A program made the translations under genes and the position numbers. From positions 96,001 through 160,000 of the IMG/VR virus record IMGVR_UViG_3300049893_000724: DNA of 64,000 nt. The stretch is one strand, 5' to 3'. Positions 39,101 to 51,100 of the stretch are shown one piece after another (position 1 is the first letter of the stretch; each line of letters starts with the position of its first letter). The notes beneath the pieces are model-generated. The model was not told the origin of the DNA. It worked only from the letters and a program-made list of their open reading frames with translations, and did not search any database. Source of the DNA: a virus.

Positions 39101-40590
39101 GCTCCACTATTCTTTCCTTTAATGAAAGTGGGAGTAGATAGAGTAATTGCTTCGTTTAAAGTGATCTCTGTTATCGTCTGAACATCATAAAGAGAAATAT
39201 TCCATTGATTTAGATTTGCATTTGCGGCATCATAAGACCCAGATTCTAATCTAAAATCATAAACTCTTGCGACACCTATTTCTTTTCCTGGTGCAGTTCT
39301 TTGATTTGTCCCAACTCTAGAATCTCTAAGACTTAAAATATAGGTATTTCCAATTCCAATTTTTGGAGCACCATAAACTCTATTTAATTTTAAAGTTGGA
39401 CCGGTATTATAGTTTAATGATTGATTTTCAAGAGTTTTTGTGGTTCTTGGTTTAGGGCAATCTAAAAACGTGGAACTTATTGTTTCGCATTCATATCCCC
39501 TAACAAATGCCTTACCTGGGGAAATTTGATAGACTGCTAGATCTTTTGATGGGGTTGATCCACCATAAGTGAATTGACCTGGACCAAATAAACCATTATT
39601 TCCTACATTATCATTCAATGATTCCTTTAAAGAAGCATCAAAAGGAGTTACATAATAATCACCAGATTCTGCAAATGTTCTTCTTGCTAATTCGTCAGTT
39701 ATACTATTATATGGAGTTGTTTGTTGAGATCTAATTACACCCTCTTTAATGGTTGCAAGTTCAACAAAGTTTCCATCATCAAAATCAGTTATTGCTTTTT
39801 TGAATAAAGAAACTGTAATTTTAAGTCTATCAGCCCCTGGAGCAGAATAATTGTTAAATCCCTGAGAATTGTCATTCAAGGATTCGTCCATATCAGAAGT
39901 TACAATCTCTTCATTTACGAGTAAACCAATTCTATAATTTGGAGTATTCGAATATTGATCAAGAATTAAAGTTTCTGTATTAACAGTTACGAATTGTCCT
40001 CTAATAAAATAAACTCCCTCAGTGATAGAAAATGCAGATCCAATTGAAGTTGCATTGTTTGCAACAGTTGATGCAAATGGTTGACCTGCAGCAATCAGAG
40101 AATTGCCTAAAAGTCCGGAAGTGATTTGAGTATTGCAAGTTAACAGTTCGCCATCGGAAAACTGTTGAGTTGAATTGTTTTGGGTATTTGATGCTAAGTA
40201 ATTGATATAAAGTGTTAGATTTCCTCTTTCAGAATTAGTGGGAAGTAAGACTTTATCTACTACTGCAGTAACACCTGATGATTGACCTGTTATTTTTGTG
40301 CCTACTAATTGATCTGCATAGGCAGAAACAGGAACACCTAGATATGTATTTTGAAGTTCTACCGCATAATATAGTTGAGTATATCCAGTGTTCCCTGGAA
40401 TAACCTTTGCGCCTTCTTTGAAAAAGTGCTGACCAAACTTTTCAATCTGATTTTGTAGAATAGATTGTAAAGTTGTTAATTCTCTCGCTTGTACTGGGTA
40501 TCCTGGTTTAAATAAGACCCTATGATAACCATTATTTGCATCAAAGTCATCAAAATATGGAGCTACGTTGAGGTTAGTTTCCTGAGACAT
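33136..40590 (-). CDS. Large virion structural protein (VrlC-like / DUF4815-like)
   Basis: TNLNVAPYFDDF...VLFKPG.PVQARELT.LQS.LQ, APGADRL, RFKSGFFVDNF, DPLAQSF, DLKF.LYRA.F, PRIKDLRVIALA. Confidence 0.8.
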   Translation of the reverse strand: MSQETNLNVAPYFDDFDANNGYHRVLFKPGYPVQARELTTLQSILQNQIEKFGQHFFKEGAKVIPGNTGYTQLYYAVELQNTYLGVPVSAYADQLVGTKITGQSSGVTAVVDKVLLPTNSERGNLTLYINYLASNTQNNSTQQFSDGELLTCNTQITSGLLGNSLIAAGQPFASTVANNATSIGSAFSITEGVYFIRGQFVTVNTETLILDQYSNTPNYRIGLLVNEEIVTSDMDESLNDNSQGFNNYSAPGADRLKITVSLFKKAITDFDDGNFVELATIKEGVIRSQQTTPYNSITDELARRTFAESGDYYVTPFDASLKESLNDNVGNNGLFGPGQFTYGGSTPSKDLAVYQISPGKAFVRGYECETISSTFLDCPKPRTTKTLENQSLNYNTGPTLKLNRVYGAPKIGIGNTYILSLRDSRVGTNQRTAPGKEIGVARVYDFRLESGSYDAANANLNQWNISLYDVQTITEITLNEAITLSTPTFIKGKNSGATAFLKDSVTAGVALTVYEKTGDFILNESFIIDGIENTRVATAITSYGISDIQSVYGIVGSASTFSADAIQSIRFNVGIASVTPISGGISTITGPNELFPGRVVKIGNLIQYSDPAFTDPVYAKVVSTGNTSISVTGVTTVSGINQAKLPTVALNVTDLKVLTTNLETSTDSTLYTRLPKVNISNVDLTNAVLGIRTVFTVNISGNQTTTVTAGANETFLPFDEERYALINSSGQTEVLTSDRVQIDSSGTSLVIYNLSTASDTGATLIATTRKIKPKEKLKRKNRVNYVIVDKSKYEYSGIGTTTLNDGLSYGNYPFGTRVQDEIISLNEADIIEIHGIFESAGTSSASAPTVVLSSINGPTTTTSDLVIGEKLIGQTSGAIAIFAERIDDTKISFIYKNQKTFKEGETLKFEESQIQALVQTIDSPSFDISSNFTFTNGQEATFYDYGSVRRKAEFQEPSKKLKIYFSNGYYQSNDDGDITTVNSYSTFDYAKEIQTVNGIRNTDIIDIRPKTSTYTVSVDARSPLEFYGRTFNSSGNSTRNILASDESILTTFSFYLGRIDRVYLTKDGKLQVKYGVPAERPEKPVSVDDALEIATISLPAYLYNVSQASIQFLEHKRYRMVDIKQLENRIRNLEYYTALSLLETNTANLFIPDSDGLNRFKSGFFVDNFTSLLAQEDSVLYKNSIDISNKQLRPRHYTNSVDLIFGPVTGVDPTEDLAFTPIEGVNVRKSKDVVTLDYAEVEWLKQSFATRSESVTPFLISFWQGSLELTPATDTWVDTVRLEAKIIQTEGNYAETLSNAVKTLNVDPQTGFAPVVWNAWETNWTGQEIINTSRVREEVSGGAWRGVISGGRGREVYETQVTSVVKDELREIRDTGVQTRTGLRTVVTEQFDKTSVGDRVVSRNLIPYMRSRNVQFISKKLKPLTQIYSFFDGVNVTKYCVPKLLEISMISGTFQVGEKVVGKVQNTGLNPSLGQDFAKISFRVAQSNHKEGPYNAATTTYPNNPYTGQSLQSTYSSTSNILNVDTFSLSNQPQGEYSGWVESGMILVGQTSGAQATITNVRLVSDLSATLIGSFYIPNPNINIHPKFEAGTKTFTLVNSSSNDQNVATTIAEEGFVSSGTLETVQENIISVRNARIQNKQEFEERAVSRTTGTQLVNSTTLSQSRRDVLVGWYDPLAQSFLVEDDTGVFLTKCDVFFRSKDDMDIPVTFQLRTMQNGFPTQKIIPFSEITLDPGDIQTSSDGSVATTFNFDAPVYLEGGKEYCICLASNSTKYSVYISRIGENDLLTQTFISNQPYLGSLFKSQNASTWEASQWEDLKFTLYRADFLTSGTVEFYSPELTEGNKQIPTLMPNSINLISNKIRVGLGSTVIDSGLTLGNTVLQRGTNATANYVGSAGSATGTLNVINPGIGYTPSSGSLTINNINLVTVTGNGKNATANVTVSNGVAIAATIVNGGVGYQVGDVVGISTFGSISVGRNARFSVGILTGVNQLILDNVQGDFVVGSAKTVQYINSSGITTTLNASTGGNVFINSVETISDGLHIKVNHQNHGMYSNENYVTLSNIQSDINPTKLSIAYNSNSTGAISVDNATNFSTFENVGVGTTNPGYILIGDEIIEYTSVSGNLIGGNISRGANSKNYPVGTPVYKYELGGVSLRRINKTHYLGDVTVSNPITFDSYHVKLDMGSSGIGRTSDVGYPNLYINQTKSTGGYDIKATQNMPYEIITPIVQNLTVRGTSLSASLRSVTGSSISGNEIPFIDNGFENISVNKPNYLDSARIICSKVNENVRLTTLPGNKSMNLRLQLDTVDSRLTPVVDTQRVSAILTSNRVNSVISNYATDSRVNTIDQDPCAFQYISKEINLENGASSIKVLLNAHINQYCDIRALYAISEKSNFNPVFVPFPGYMNLNTKNEVIDFADSDGRSDSFVTPTQSLGFETSDIEFKEYSFTIDKLPSFKSYRIKLILTSTNQVYVPRIKDLRVIALA

Positions 40591-40596
40591 AATTCT

Positions 40597-42147
40597 TTAG
40601 AACTGCAAAATGACTTTAATATCTTCTTTTTGGTTAGATGATCTAGTAATTGCTGGTCGGTTATCTACGTAGATGATATTTCCTGAGTACTTTTTGACTT
40701 CAGGATTAGCCAGACCGTTAGTAAATTCCTGACCAAGGTAATATGTCCTACTATTTATTACTGTAGATATACCTGTAAACGAAGTGTCTATTGCTAGATT
40801 AGATCCCGAAGATGGAACAATTGTTAGACTTCCACCAGTAGATGGTGAGCTAGTAAATTCAGTCAAATCAAAACCATATGTTGGACTTGTAATTGCAACT
40901 CCAACAGTCGTAAAACCAGCAAGAGAACGATCTTGCCAGTATTTTAAAACTCCTGTAGTTTGATCATAACTGATAACTCTTCCAACCGCAGTAGTCCCAG
41001 ATGCAACAGTTTGTTCTACATAAGAGTCTGCTGTAAAGGTGGCAGAACTATATCCTGCTCCAACAAGTTTAAGTGCATAAACTGCACTTGCTTTATCGGA
41101 TGTGAGCAAACTTCCTGTACTTACTTTAGGGTTTTCTACAATTCCAACTCTAGCAATTTGATTTCCTGTAATAAAATCTGGATTTTGAATATCATTTTCT
41201 ATTCTAGAATAAAGAAGAACGTTATATGCACCTAATTCGCGGTAAACGTCTGCACCATGGCCACCCTTAGGTGAAATTATAACATTAAAAGTTGGTCTGG
41301 TTGTCCCTGTTGGAACACCACCTGCAAGCAAATCAACGTTTCCGTATGTATAACCGGATCCTTGACTTGAAACCGTCACTGTTTCTACCTTTGCGTCATT
41401 GTTAATAATAATAGTGCATTCGGCACCAATTCCATCTCCTTTAATAGGAACTCTGGTATAAGTTCTATTTGCAGTTCCTAAACCTACACCTCTATTTGTA
41501 ATAGTTACAATCTTAATCGAACCATCTACTGCATTATCTCTCACTGCTGCATTGTCTGTCGAAGCATCCCAGTTTGCGGGAACGGGAATAAAATCAGAGG
41601 TTTCGAATTTCGTAACCTCTGCAGGTTTTAGAGTATACAGATATTTCCAAATATAACCATCGCCACTTGAACCAGCGGATCTTGGTTCTAGATCTGTAAA
41701 TGTTGGTTCATCTAGGGAGGGTTTTCCATTTGGAGTGTCTGGTGTTGTTCCGTTTTGTAGGCATATGTAAACTCTATAATCACTGTTTAAAATATAATAA
41801 GATGCTGCATATAAATTGGTTGCTCCAGAAACTTTAGCAGTATTTGATCTACTATAATCGTGACGATACATATCATAAGTTGTTCCAGAAGACCAAAACC
41901 TTTTTTGAACAACCTGTCTAACTTCAGATGCACTAATTCTCTTAAGTGCAATCATAGTGTCCCAATAACTATTCTCCTCATCAAAAGAATCTTTTGGTGA
42001 AGGTGGATTTGTATCCCAATCAGACTGAATTTCTGTTGGATTTGGCAGTCCTATAAAAGAGTAATATGAGTTACCCGAAGAACTTACTCCAGCAACAAAA
42101 TTCTTAGCATTTAATATTCTAATCTGATCAGTTATAATTGCAGCCAT
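40597..42147 (-). CDS. gp8: Baseplate wedge subunit (gp8)
   Basis: AAIITDQIRILNA.NF, SDGYIWKYLYT-type motif, GHGAD...ELGA, YSG.IIY.DNR..I.RS..QKEDIK.ILQF. Confidence 0.9.
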   Translation of the reverse strand: MAAIITDQIRILNAKNFVAGVSSSGNSYYSFIGLPNPTEIQSDWDTNPPSPKDSFDEENSYWDTMIALKRISASEVRQVVQKRFWSSGTTYDMYRHDYSRSNTAKVSGATNLYAASYYILNSDYRVYICLQNGTTPDTPNGKPSLDEPTFTDLEPRSAGSSGDGYIWKYLYTLKPAEVTKFETSDFIPVPANWDASTDNAAVRDNAVDGSIKIVTITNRGVGLGTANRTYTRVPIKGDGIGAECTIIINNDAKVETVTVSSQGSGYTYGNVDLLAGGVPTGTTRPTFNVIISPKGGHGADVYRELGAYNVLLYSRIENDIQNPDFITGNQIARVGIVENPKVSTGSLLTSDKASAVYALKLVGAGYSSATFTADSYVEQTVASGTTAVGRVISYDQTTGVLKYWQDRSLAGFTTVGVAITSPTYGFDLTEFTSSPSTGGSLTIVPSSGSNLAIDTSFTGISTVINSRTYYLGQEFTNGLANPEVKKYSGNIIYVDNRPAITRSSNQKEDIKVILQF

Positions 42148-42167
42148 TTGAGCAGTTTTTTATCTAT

Positions 42168-45100
42168 TTATGAAATGTAATTGAGGTATTTGAGGGGAGA
42201 ACTCCTGCGAATCATAGTTCCTGTTGCAATTCCAGTATAACCATTTGTAGTATAAGTATTATACGAATTTTGTTTCTTTCTACCACCTAGATTAATTCTT
42301 CCCCAACTATATTCACCATAGAAATTACTATACCCAATACCAGAGATATTATTGTAAGATGTGAGACTTACCGTTACCTTTGCAACGTGAGTTACGCCTA
42401 AACCAGGAACCGAAGTCTGTGCAATAGAAACTGCCACTGCCTGATAAACATTATCTAAGAAGGTAGTTCCTATTCCTATGACTGAACCATTGGAATTTAA
42501 GGTGGTAACACCTTTACCGACATTAGAACTATGAACAACAAAGTAATAACCAGTTGCAATTCCGCTAATTGTTGTTACGCCAGTCAAGGATGAATTTCTA
42601 AGTGGAGAATCGTTAGGAATTACAAAATCAAATACTATACCAGTAGAAGCAACACCTACAGATGTTGTAGAAACTCCTGTAATAATTCCAAAGTCTCCTT
42701 CATAACTATTGACTGTGTTTTCCTCTACTGAGAATGATGGTGGAGAAATAAGAACATTTGGAACATTCGTTGAGGTGTATCCTGTTCCTGGTCCTGTTAT
42801 GGAGATAGAAGTTACAATTCCTGCAGTAATTGATGCAATGCCAACTGCAGTTGAACCAAATCCAACCGCATTTTCAATTGTTACTGTTGGAGTGTTTGTG
42901 TAACCAAATCCACCATCAGAGATTTGTACCGATGAAATAGTCCCTGCAGTAGAAACAACTGCTGTTGCTGCAGCTGCAACTTTATTTTCTTGAGGTATGA
43001 TTACTATATCTTTTTGGAATGTTAGTGAGATATTATTTTCGTTAATTGGATTAAAGAATGGGCGAATAGAATCGACGAATGCAACAGTAGATCCAATTCC
43101 AACGGATTGAATTAGATATGATGATGGATAAATTGAAGCTTCATATAGAATTCTATCCTTACCAACTTCTTTTTCATCAACGATTTTATCTTCAGTTTGT
43201 CTACACCAAGTCACGGGTCTTGTTGTAAGTGCATCATTTGCTATGCCTGGTCCATAGTAAGGTAAAGTTTTTACAATATCAGTTGATTCTACTGAATTAA
43301 CCGTTCTTTCACCTTCTTGCAGAGTTGGAGATTGTCCAAGGATTGGATCATAACCAATAGTTAATTCATCACCAACTTTAACTGTTTCGAGTACATTTTT
43401 TTCAACAACATCGATTGAACCACTACCCTTATAAAATATGAGTTTGCAAGTGTCTCCTGATTTTGGTGCTTCTGTAAATGCAATTACACTACCACCATTG
43501 AAGATGTATCCAGACCCAGGAACCTGAAGAACATCATTTAAGAATATGAGTAGATTATCTTGGACGTTGATTGATAAACCTTTAGATGCTCTAATCGAAA
43601 TTAGTGATCCAGCAACTCTTATTGGGAATGTTAAACGATTACCATCAAATAGATTTTCAATACTATCCAATACTTGCAATTCTCCAATTGACCATCCAGT
43701 AAACTTATCACTGATTGTATTTTGAATTGAAAGTTGGAACTCCCTATAGGTCTTTGTTGGATCAGTTGGAATTCCAACAGTTCCACCAATAGAAACGGTG
43801 AGTATTTCACCTTGGCCATACCCATATCCAAGATTTTTAATTTCAAAGTCAATTATGCTAGATCCTTGTCCAACAACAACATCAATCGTTGCCCGAGTTC
43901 CAACTCCAGTTACTGAAGAAGAACTATAGACAAGAGGTAGATTTGAATAAGACAGTGGAGCATCGATAACTACATATGGAGGATTTGTTGATGTATATCC
44001 TGTTCCTGGATTTGTAACTGCAATACTTACGATGTGACCATTGCTAACGGTAGCAGTTCCAATAAATTGAACGATTGGTATTCCAGTGGATGATGTTGCA
44101 ACTCCAACACGTACAACCTGAACTCCTGATCTATATCCAGAACCACTATTACCAATACTGATAGATGAGATGGTTCCAAGACCAGAAACAATTGCAGTTC
44201 CTCCAGCAGAAACTAAAGGTTGATAACCAAATCCTTCAGTAGATCCTACCGATACAATTATACCACCAGATGGTATAGATGCTGTGTTCACATCATATGC
44301 AGCAGAAACTCCAACTCCAGTAAAAGTAATTGATGTTATTCCTGTGGATTCTGATAGACTATAATCATTTGCTAATCCAGGACCTTGGAAGATATCATTT
44401 AGGAGAATGATTGCATTTTCTGTAGAAATACCAATCACATTTGATCCATTTGATTTCAAGTTAAAGGTTTTGGTTATACCGTTAAATTGATTTGAAAGAT
44501 CATTAAACACATAATTTTTAGAATATGTTTCACTAGAACCTGCTGGAGTCCCTGATCTCAAGAAAGTTCTTCCTTGGAATTTTGAACTTGTAGATATTCC
44601 AGTCCAATCTCTTTCGTCAGGAGGATTGGTGCTTGTTCCAAGAGGAATGTTTCCGTATGGAGCCTCTGTGAAATTCAAAGTGTTATCTACAATGTTATAG
44701 TTTCCGATGACTTTAGTTACCAAAGTTCCTGTAGAATATCCAGCAACTGCAGTTCCTAACCAAGGTCTGCGAACTCTGAGAGCATTAGTACTTCCAACAC
44801 CTACAGAGTCAATACGCATAATTTCACTTCCAATCTTAATTAAGTCTCCACCGAAGAATGAAGTTATTCCACTTACATAAATTAAATCATCTGTACTGAA
44901 TGCATTGATTGCTAATGTAGTTGTTTGTGCTGTAGAAACAATTGGTGACTGAATAAGATTATCAACTGCAACAATTACTTTTGCATTTTGATTTGTTGAA
45001 GTAAATGCGTGAGAAGTTCCTATGCCAACAGATGTTAGGTTTAAAACTTTTGGAGTCAGACTTAGAGCATCTTCTGCACTTCTTGATAATTTAATTGCAT

Positions 45101-48100
45101 TTTCATTGATTTTTACAACATAAACACTTGATGGTAGTTTATCAGTTATCCCGATGCCAACTCCAAAATCAGTTGATGCAATTCCAATTGCTTGAGATGT
45201 TCCTGCACCTGCATATGTGTAACTAATTTGTTCTCCAGTAACAAAAAAGTGGTTTGGAAGAGTAATAGAGTCTGACAATGTGTTCGCAATAGAAATATTA
45301 CTTCCATCAAAATCTCTTCTGAAGATTTGGTATCCTTTATGTTTTAAATCAAACGCACGTTTAATATCTCTTTCGGTTCCAAAGTAAGTGTTATAATTTG
45401 TTTCAATACTTCCATTATTGAATGATATTGCGTCCTTATCATCATCTTGAACTTTAAGTGCATTGAAGAATCCAACAACTCTTACATTGATATTTGCTAA
45501 GGGTGTAAATGTTAATTCGGTAGTAGATGCATTTTTTCTAACTCCAAATGTTCCAAGACCAGAATGTGTTTCTACATTTCCAAATTCAACAATATAAGTT
45601 TCTCCAGAACTTTCATCAGTTTCATCATCTAGAACAACAATCTCAGATAATTGATACCTATTGTTTGTTGTATCTGCAACTTGAATAACACTATAAGAAC
45701 AATCATAACCTCCGGGATATTCAATAATCGATGTGGCCACTGGGGAACCGGATGAAGATATTGAAGTTGACATACCCTGAAGTCGGGCGTGTTTCATATC
45801 ATATGTACCAATTCCTGATGCAGATCCACCAAGGAGTGTTTGGAACGTATTGAAGGTAACTGCAACACCTGGATTTGGATAAAAATCAACCTTGAGTTGA
45901 GATCCTGAAATGTATGGATAATATGTACCTAAACCAGAACTTGAATAAGCATCAATTGAATGGTTGGTGACTTGTCCATATTCTAGCAATTCAACACTTA
46001 TTCCATCATGAACAAGATTCAACTCATCAAATTCATACTGACCATTAGTTCCAGTAATTTCAACTAAAATCTTAGCAGAATTGTAAGTAGTACCTACACC
46101 AACGATTGTAGTAGATCCAGAAGAAACAAATCCACTACTTGTCTTAACCGTCACCAAATCTCCAAAATTGGATGAACCAATTCCGAGCATTGAATCTTTT
46201 AAGTTATAAGTTAGTGTTGTTATGTTGTAATCATTAACTGAATAGTTTGTGGGGTTAAAAGTCAGTACCCCCTCAGATCCCTCAACTATGAAATCAAACG
46301 CACCTAAGTCATAAGTTGATTCTAATCTTGCATATTGATTAAGATAACCGATACCACCACTATGAATGAGTGTTACTAACATCAATTGTCTTTGACCAAC
46401 ATATCTTCTATCACTCACATAAGTGATATACTTTTGTGCTCTGGCGTCAGTCAATAAGAATCTATGAGCTTCTGAATATCTTGTAGATCTTGGGTTACTA
46501 TTAAACTGAGAACTTATGTCATCAATTGAAAGAACTCTATTGCCGATTGATTCAAAATAATCAGTCAGAACTCTGTTTGAGAATGTGATTTCGTTTGAGA
46601 ATGTTCCTCCACCACTACGAACAAGTGAATTTTCTCTAACCAAATCAAAGTCTGCTACACAGTTAAGATCTACAAAACTAGTGATATCATTGATGACCTC
46701 AATATATGTCTTTTCAGTTGAAAGACCCACCGCCATTGAATTAGAATTCTTAGTTTCTAGTTGATATTCTGCAAATTTCTTAAATCCAGTTGTGTGGTTT
46801 AAAGTGCTAACAGCATCTTTCCAATCATCATAACTCACTTGGGATTTAACTGAATATGAGAAGTTTTGATAGAAATCACTATCTTGTATTCTCTCAGAAT
46901 TAGTATTTAAGAATCCAGCACTAAGTTGCCACCCATTATCAACCAAAGATGAAGAATCCAATCTAAAAAATGAATCGCTGGTATCTACAATACTTACAAT
47001 ACCTTGAGTTTTGGATGTTGCGCCTTCGATAATTTCGCCAACAACAAAGTTTTCTTTAGATACTGCTCTGAGTTGATTTACGATTGGATTCCACCCATCC
47101 ACATAACCAGTTGTGCTGTTAGATTTAATTGTTTCCCCAATCAAATAATCATTCTTTTGGAGTTGAATATCAAAACTTGGGAAGTATTTTTCTGGTATTA
47201 TTCTTCCAGATGAATTAACTTCATCATAAGTGCCGGGTATTTGTGAGTTTGTTAGAAGACCATCGAGACTATAAGATACTGATCCAATCCCACCTCTGTT
47301 TTCTGTTACTGAGGTGAGTGGGAATAATTTATAATTGTAATTTTCGGAATTATAACCAATTCCTGTTGAACCCACACCAACACTGATTCCTTCAATCATA
47401 ACTTTATCATTCACCTTAAATGGGAATGAATCTGCAGTACTAAATCCTACTGCTAAAGTAACCGTAACTTCTTTTGTTGATGAATTATATTTAATTGATC
47501 CAATTCCAACGCCATTTGTATTTTGTACTGGAAGAATTGTTGGAGTCGTGTTATTCAGTCCATAAGAATTTTTGCGGATTTCAATTTGATTTTGTCCAAG
47601 AGTGTATTTGAGATCAACTTCTGGAACTAACTTATTGGTCTTTCCATCAAATACAAGTAGTTTTGGTGCCGAAGAATAACCTCTACCAAATGAATTAATT
47701 CCAATCGATTTGAAGGAAGATAGAGGTTCTATTTTAATTGTTTGATTTAAAGAAACACTTGGTCTGAGAGTAAAGTCACTTGGAAAATCAAATCCAATAT
47801 TATTGATTTTTGTTTTCTTAATTTTTCCAATTGAAGTACTAGATGCTTCTAGGATTGCATTTGCGCCAACTGTTGAAATAACTGTTGAAATTCCAGGAAG
47901 TGTATAATAATTTCTTCCCTTGCTTATAACCTCAATTTCTGCAATCGAACCGAATGCACTTGTTGAATCTGTGGTGTAACTGATGCTTGATGCGGTGCTT
48001 ACGTAGGATGAATTCTCTGGAGTTTCTGATAGAGTGTAAGTAAAAGTAGTTGATGAAATTGATGTTATCACTTGATCACCGTTATACTTACTTTCAAGTA

Positions 48101-51100
48101 TTTCGACTTGATTGTTCAGAAGAACTTCAGTGTCAATGCTTATTTTTTTCTTTTCTTCTGGAATCGCGCTTTCATATATTGGTGTAAGCTTGTAGTATAG
48201 TTTTTGTGGAATATTTTTGTTAACTGTTAAAATAACCTTAGCGTTTGTTGATACTCCAACAGTACCAGACTTTTGCACTTCAAAAGTATTCTGCTCACCG
48301 CTGGCTTCAAAAATTTGAGTAAAGTTGCTATCTTTATAGAAATCCAAACTAAATGCAGGATATCTCTGAGATTGGTTTAGATAAGATAGGGAAGAATCTG
48401 ATAGATCAAATGTAACTTGAGAGTTTTTATACAGAGTTAGTGCTGGGTTGATTGGAGAAATATTTCCAGTTGAAGAACTTGTAATACCAACAATTGTGGG
48501 TACAAGTTGAGTTGATCCATAGAACGTTCTTGATAACTTAAAGTTATCCCTATCAAGTCTAACAATAAAGTATTCTCCTTCATTTTGTAGACCGCCAGCT
48601 GGAGCAGTTGATGTGTGAATTACTTTCTGACCATTATGGAATCCATGATCAATTATTGTAATTGTATTCGTAGTCGTATTTACGCCAGCAAATGATTTGG
48701 GATTAACAACCACCTTTCTATTGTAGTCATCATACTTAACTGTGAAGGTTGTTGTGATTGCTGGATTTACATCAATATGAACAGCATCATCATTAGTAAG
48801 TCCGTGAGTGCTTGCACAAGAAACAGTAACAATGTTTCTTTCAATTGTTCCTGTGATTACATTAAAGTTAGTTTTGAAACTGTGATAAACGCCAGAACCA
48901 TTACTAATAAAGTATAGAGTTGATTGGGATCTCTGAGTGCTCGCAATACCAACAAAAGTGCCTGTAGAACCTAAACCAACTCTAACAGTGGCAATACCTA
49001 TTAGATCATTTGAAATTTTTGCGATATAAACGGATGATTGATCACCGATAGTTGTAGTTCCAACTCCTGTTGCCGAAACTACAAGTGAAGAACCACCATT
49101 GTTCGAATAAGTAACAAGATCTCCAGTTTCTAGACCGTGATTTGGAATATAAATTGTTTTTGTTGGGATGAATATTTGAGTAATGCCTGCTCCAGGATTG
49201 CTGAACGTAATAGTAGTACCAATTCCAACACCAGATAATGTACCTAGACCAATAGAATCAATTGGATTGAAATATAATTGTTTGTTAATTCTGTAATCAT
49301 ACGAAGTTCTGTAACCCGCATTGATTGTAAGTTTTCTTGAAGATTCTTTTATAGAAGTAGATGCTGTGTGTGCTACTCCAGAAGTTCCTTGATAAGCTCT
49401 GATAACTCTAATTCTAGAATTCAATCTATCAACATTAAGAACTTTTACTTTTTCATTTTCAATCGTTAAAATATCATTTTCTCTTATATTTGGATAAGTT
49501 AAAGTACCATTAACATTAACATAAGTTATAATACCAGTAATTCCAGTGCTTCCAATCCCTGTCGTAACGGTTCCTGAAGTTGTGCCAATACCAGAAAGAG
49601 TGAGTATATTTGTGGATATTCCTATTTGATAAAATCCCTCTAGCAATGATGAAGTTGTGCTTAATCCAGAAATTGAAACTTTATCGTTATTTTTAAAGTT
49701 GTGTGGATTCTCTGCAAAAATAATATAATTATCTTTATTTTCGCCAGGATAAATTTCCACGCTGGAAATTGAACTGGTGGCAACACTTACGGAAGAAACT
49801 GCCTTTCCACTAAGTTTAGAAACCCTAGCACTTGCACCGTTTCCTTGAGTGTCTGTGTTGTTAAAAATTAATGTATCATCTACCTTATAATTTTGTCCGC
49901 CCGTCACAATACCTACAGATTCTACAAATCCAGGTGTTGCAAACTTAACATCTACTGTTTGGTTTAGTTCGTTTGGAATCGTAAGATATGAATAAGATGA
50001 TGTACCATTTATCAAATTGTAGAAATAAGTATTTCTAACCCAGTTAGTTTGATTTAGGTCTAAATCATCTTGGTTTGAAGTCTTTAAGAAATTGAATTCG
50101 TTTGGTTTTGACTTAAATGAATTGCCAACCAAATATGGGAATTTTGGTTGCTTATATCCAGAAAATTTGCCTCCGCTATCTGCAGAAGTTTCAAATGTAG
50201 CAAAATATGCATATGTTCCTTTTGGAAATTCTGGAGTTATGCAGAATCTGCCATTATTTTCATCGAGGAAAGTATCACCTGATTTTTTATAATAGGTAAA
50301 ATCCTCTACAAAAAATCCAAATTCAAATAATGTCGAAGATGGTCTGTTTGATTTGCTTTCAAGTACATATGAAGAATTTAATTGTGCAACAACTCCACCA
50401 GTTTTTGTAATGTACCCATAAGGACCATATATTGGGTTTCCGTCATATGCCCATCCAATTATGGGAGAATGACTTGTTGAATTTGCCTCTACGTTGTTTT
50501 CTTTTGCAAGATCAGTTTTGCCGTATACTTTATTGCCACTTTGATCTGATGGTTGAATGATTTCTCTTAATTTTCTTGGAGCATAAATGTGAGAATACTG
50601 AAGACCAAATTTTTCATTAAGACCCTTTGCTATAAAACCATCATCTGGGGTTATTGATGAATAATATTTTTTGAATAAATTAACAGTCCAAGATTGTATT
50701 TTTGCACTAAACTCCGCAGAAGATCCTGCAGAAGTGACTGTTATTGAAGTAGATCCCTGAATATATCCAGAACCACCTTCAATTACTTTTACTGAAGTTA
50801 ATTGACCATTAGTGATTACTGGGGTTACTACTGCACCCGAGCCAGATCCTTGAATGGTTAAAGTTGGAGGAGCGTTATATTCAGAACCCACATTATTAAC
50901 TAAAACCTCAACAATCTTCCCATCTGATACGATTGGATTTAATTGCGCGTTCTTTCCAGACTTCAAAGTAAACGAAGGTTGTCTGTAAAAATTGATGATT
51001 TCTGACGATCCATATCCAACACCTTTAGAACTAAGGTGTACTGACGTAATCTGTCCTCTAAAAATAGGCTGAACTACTGCATCAAATGTTTTTGTTCCAA

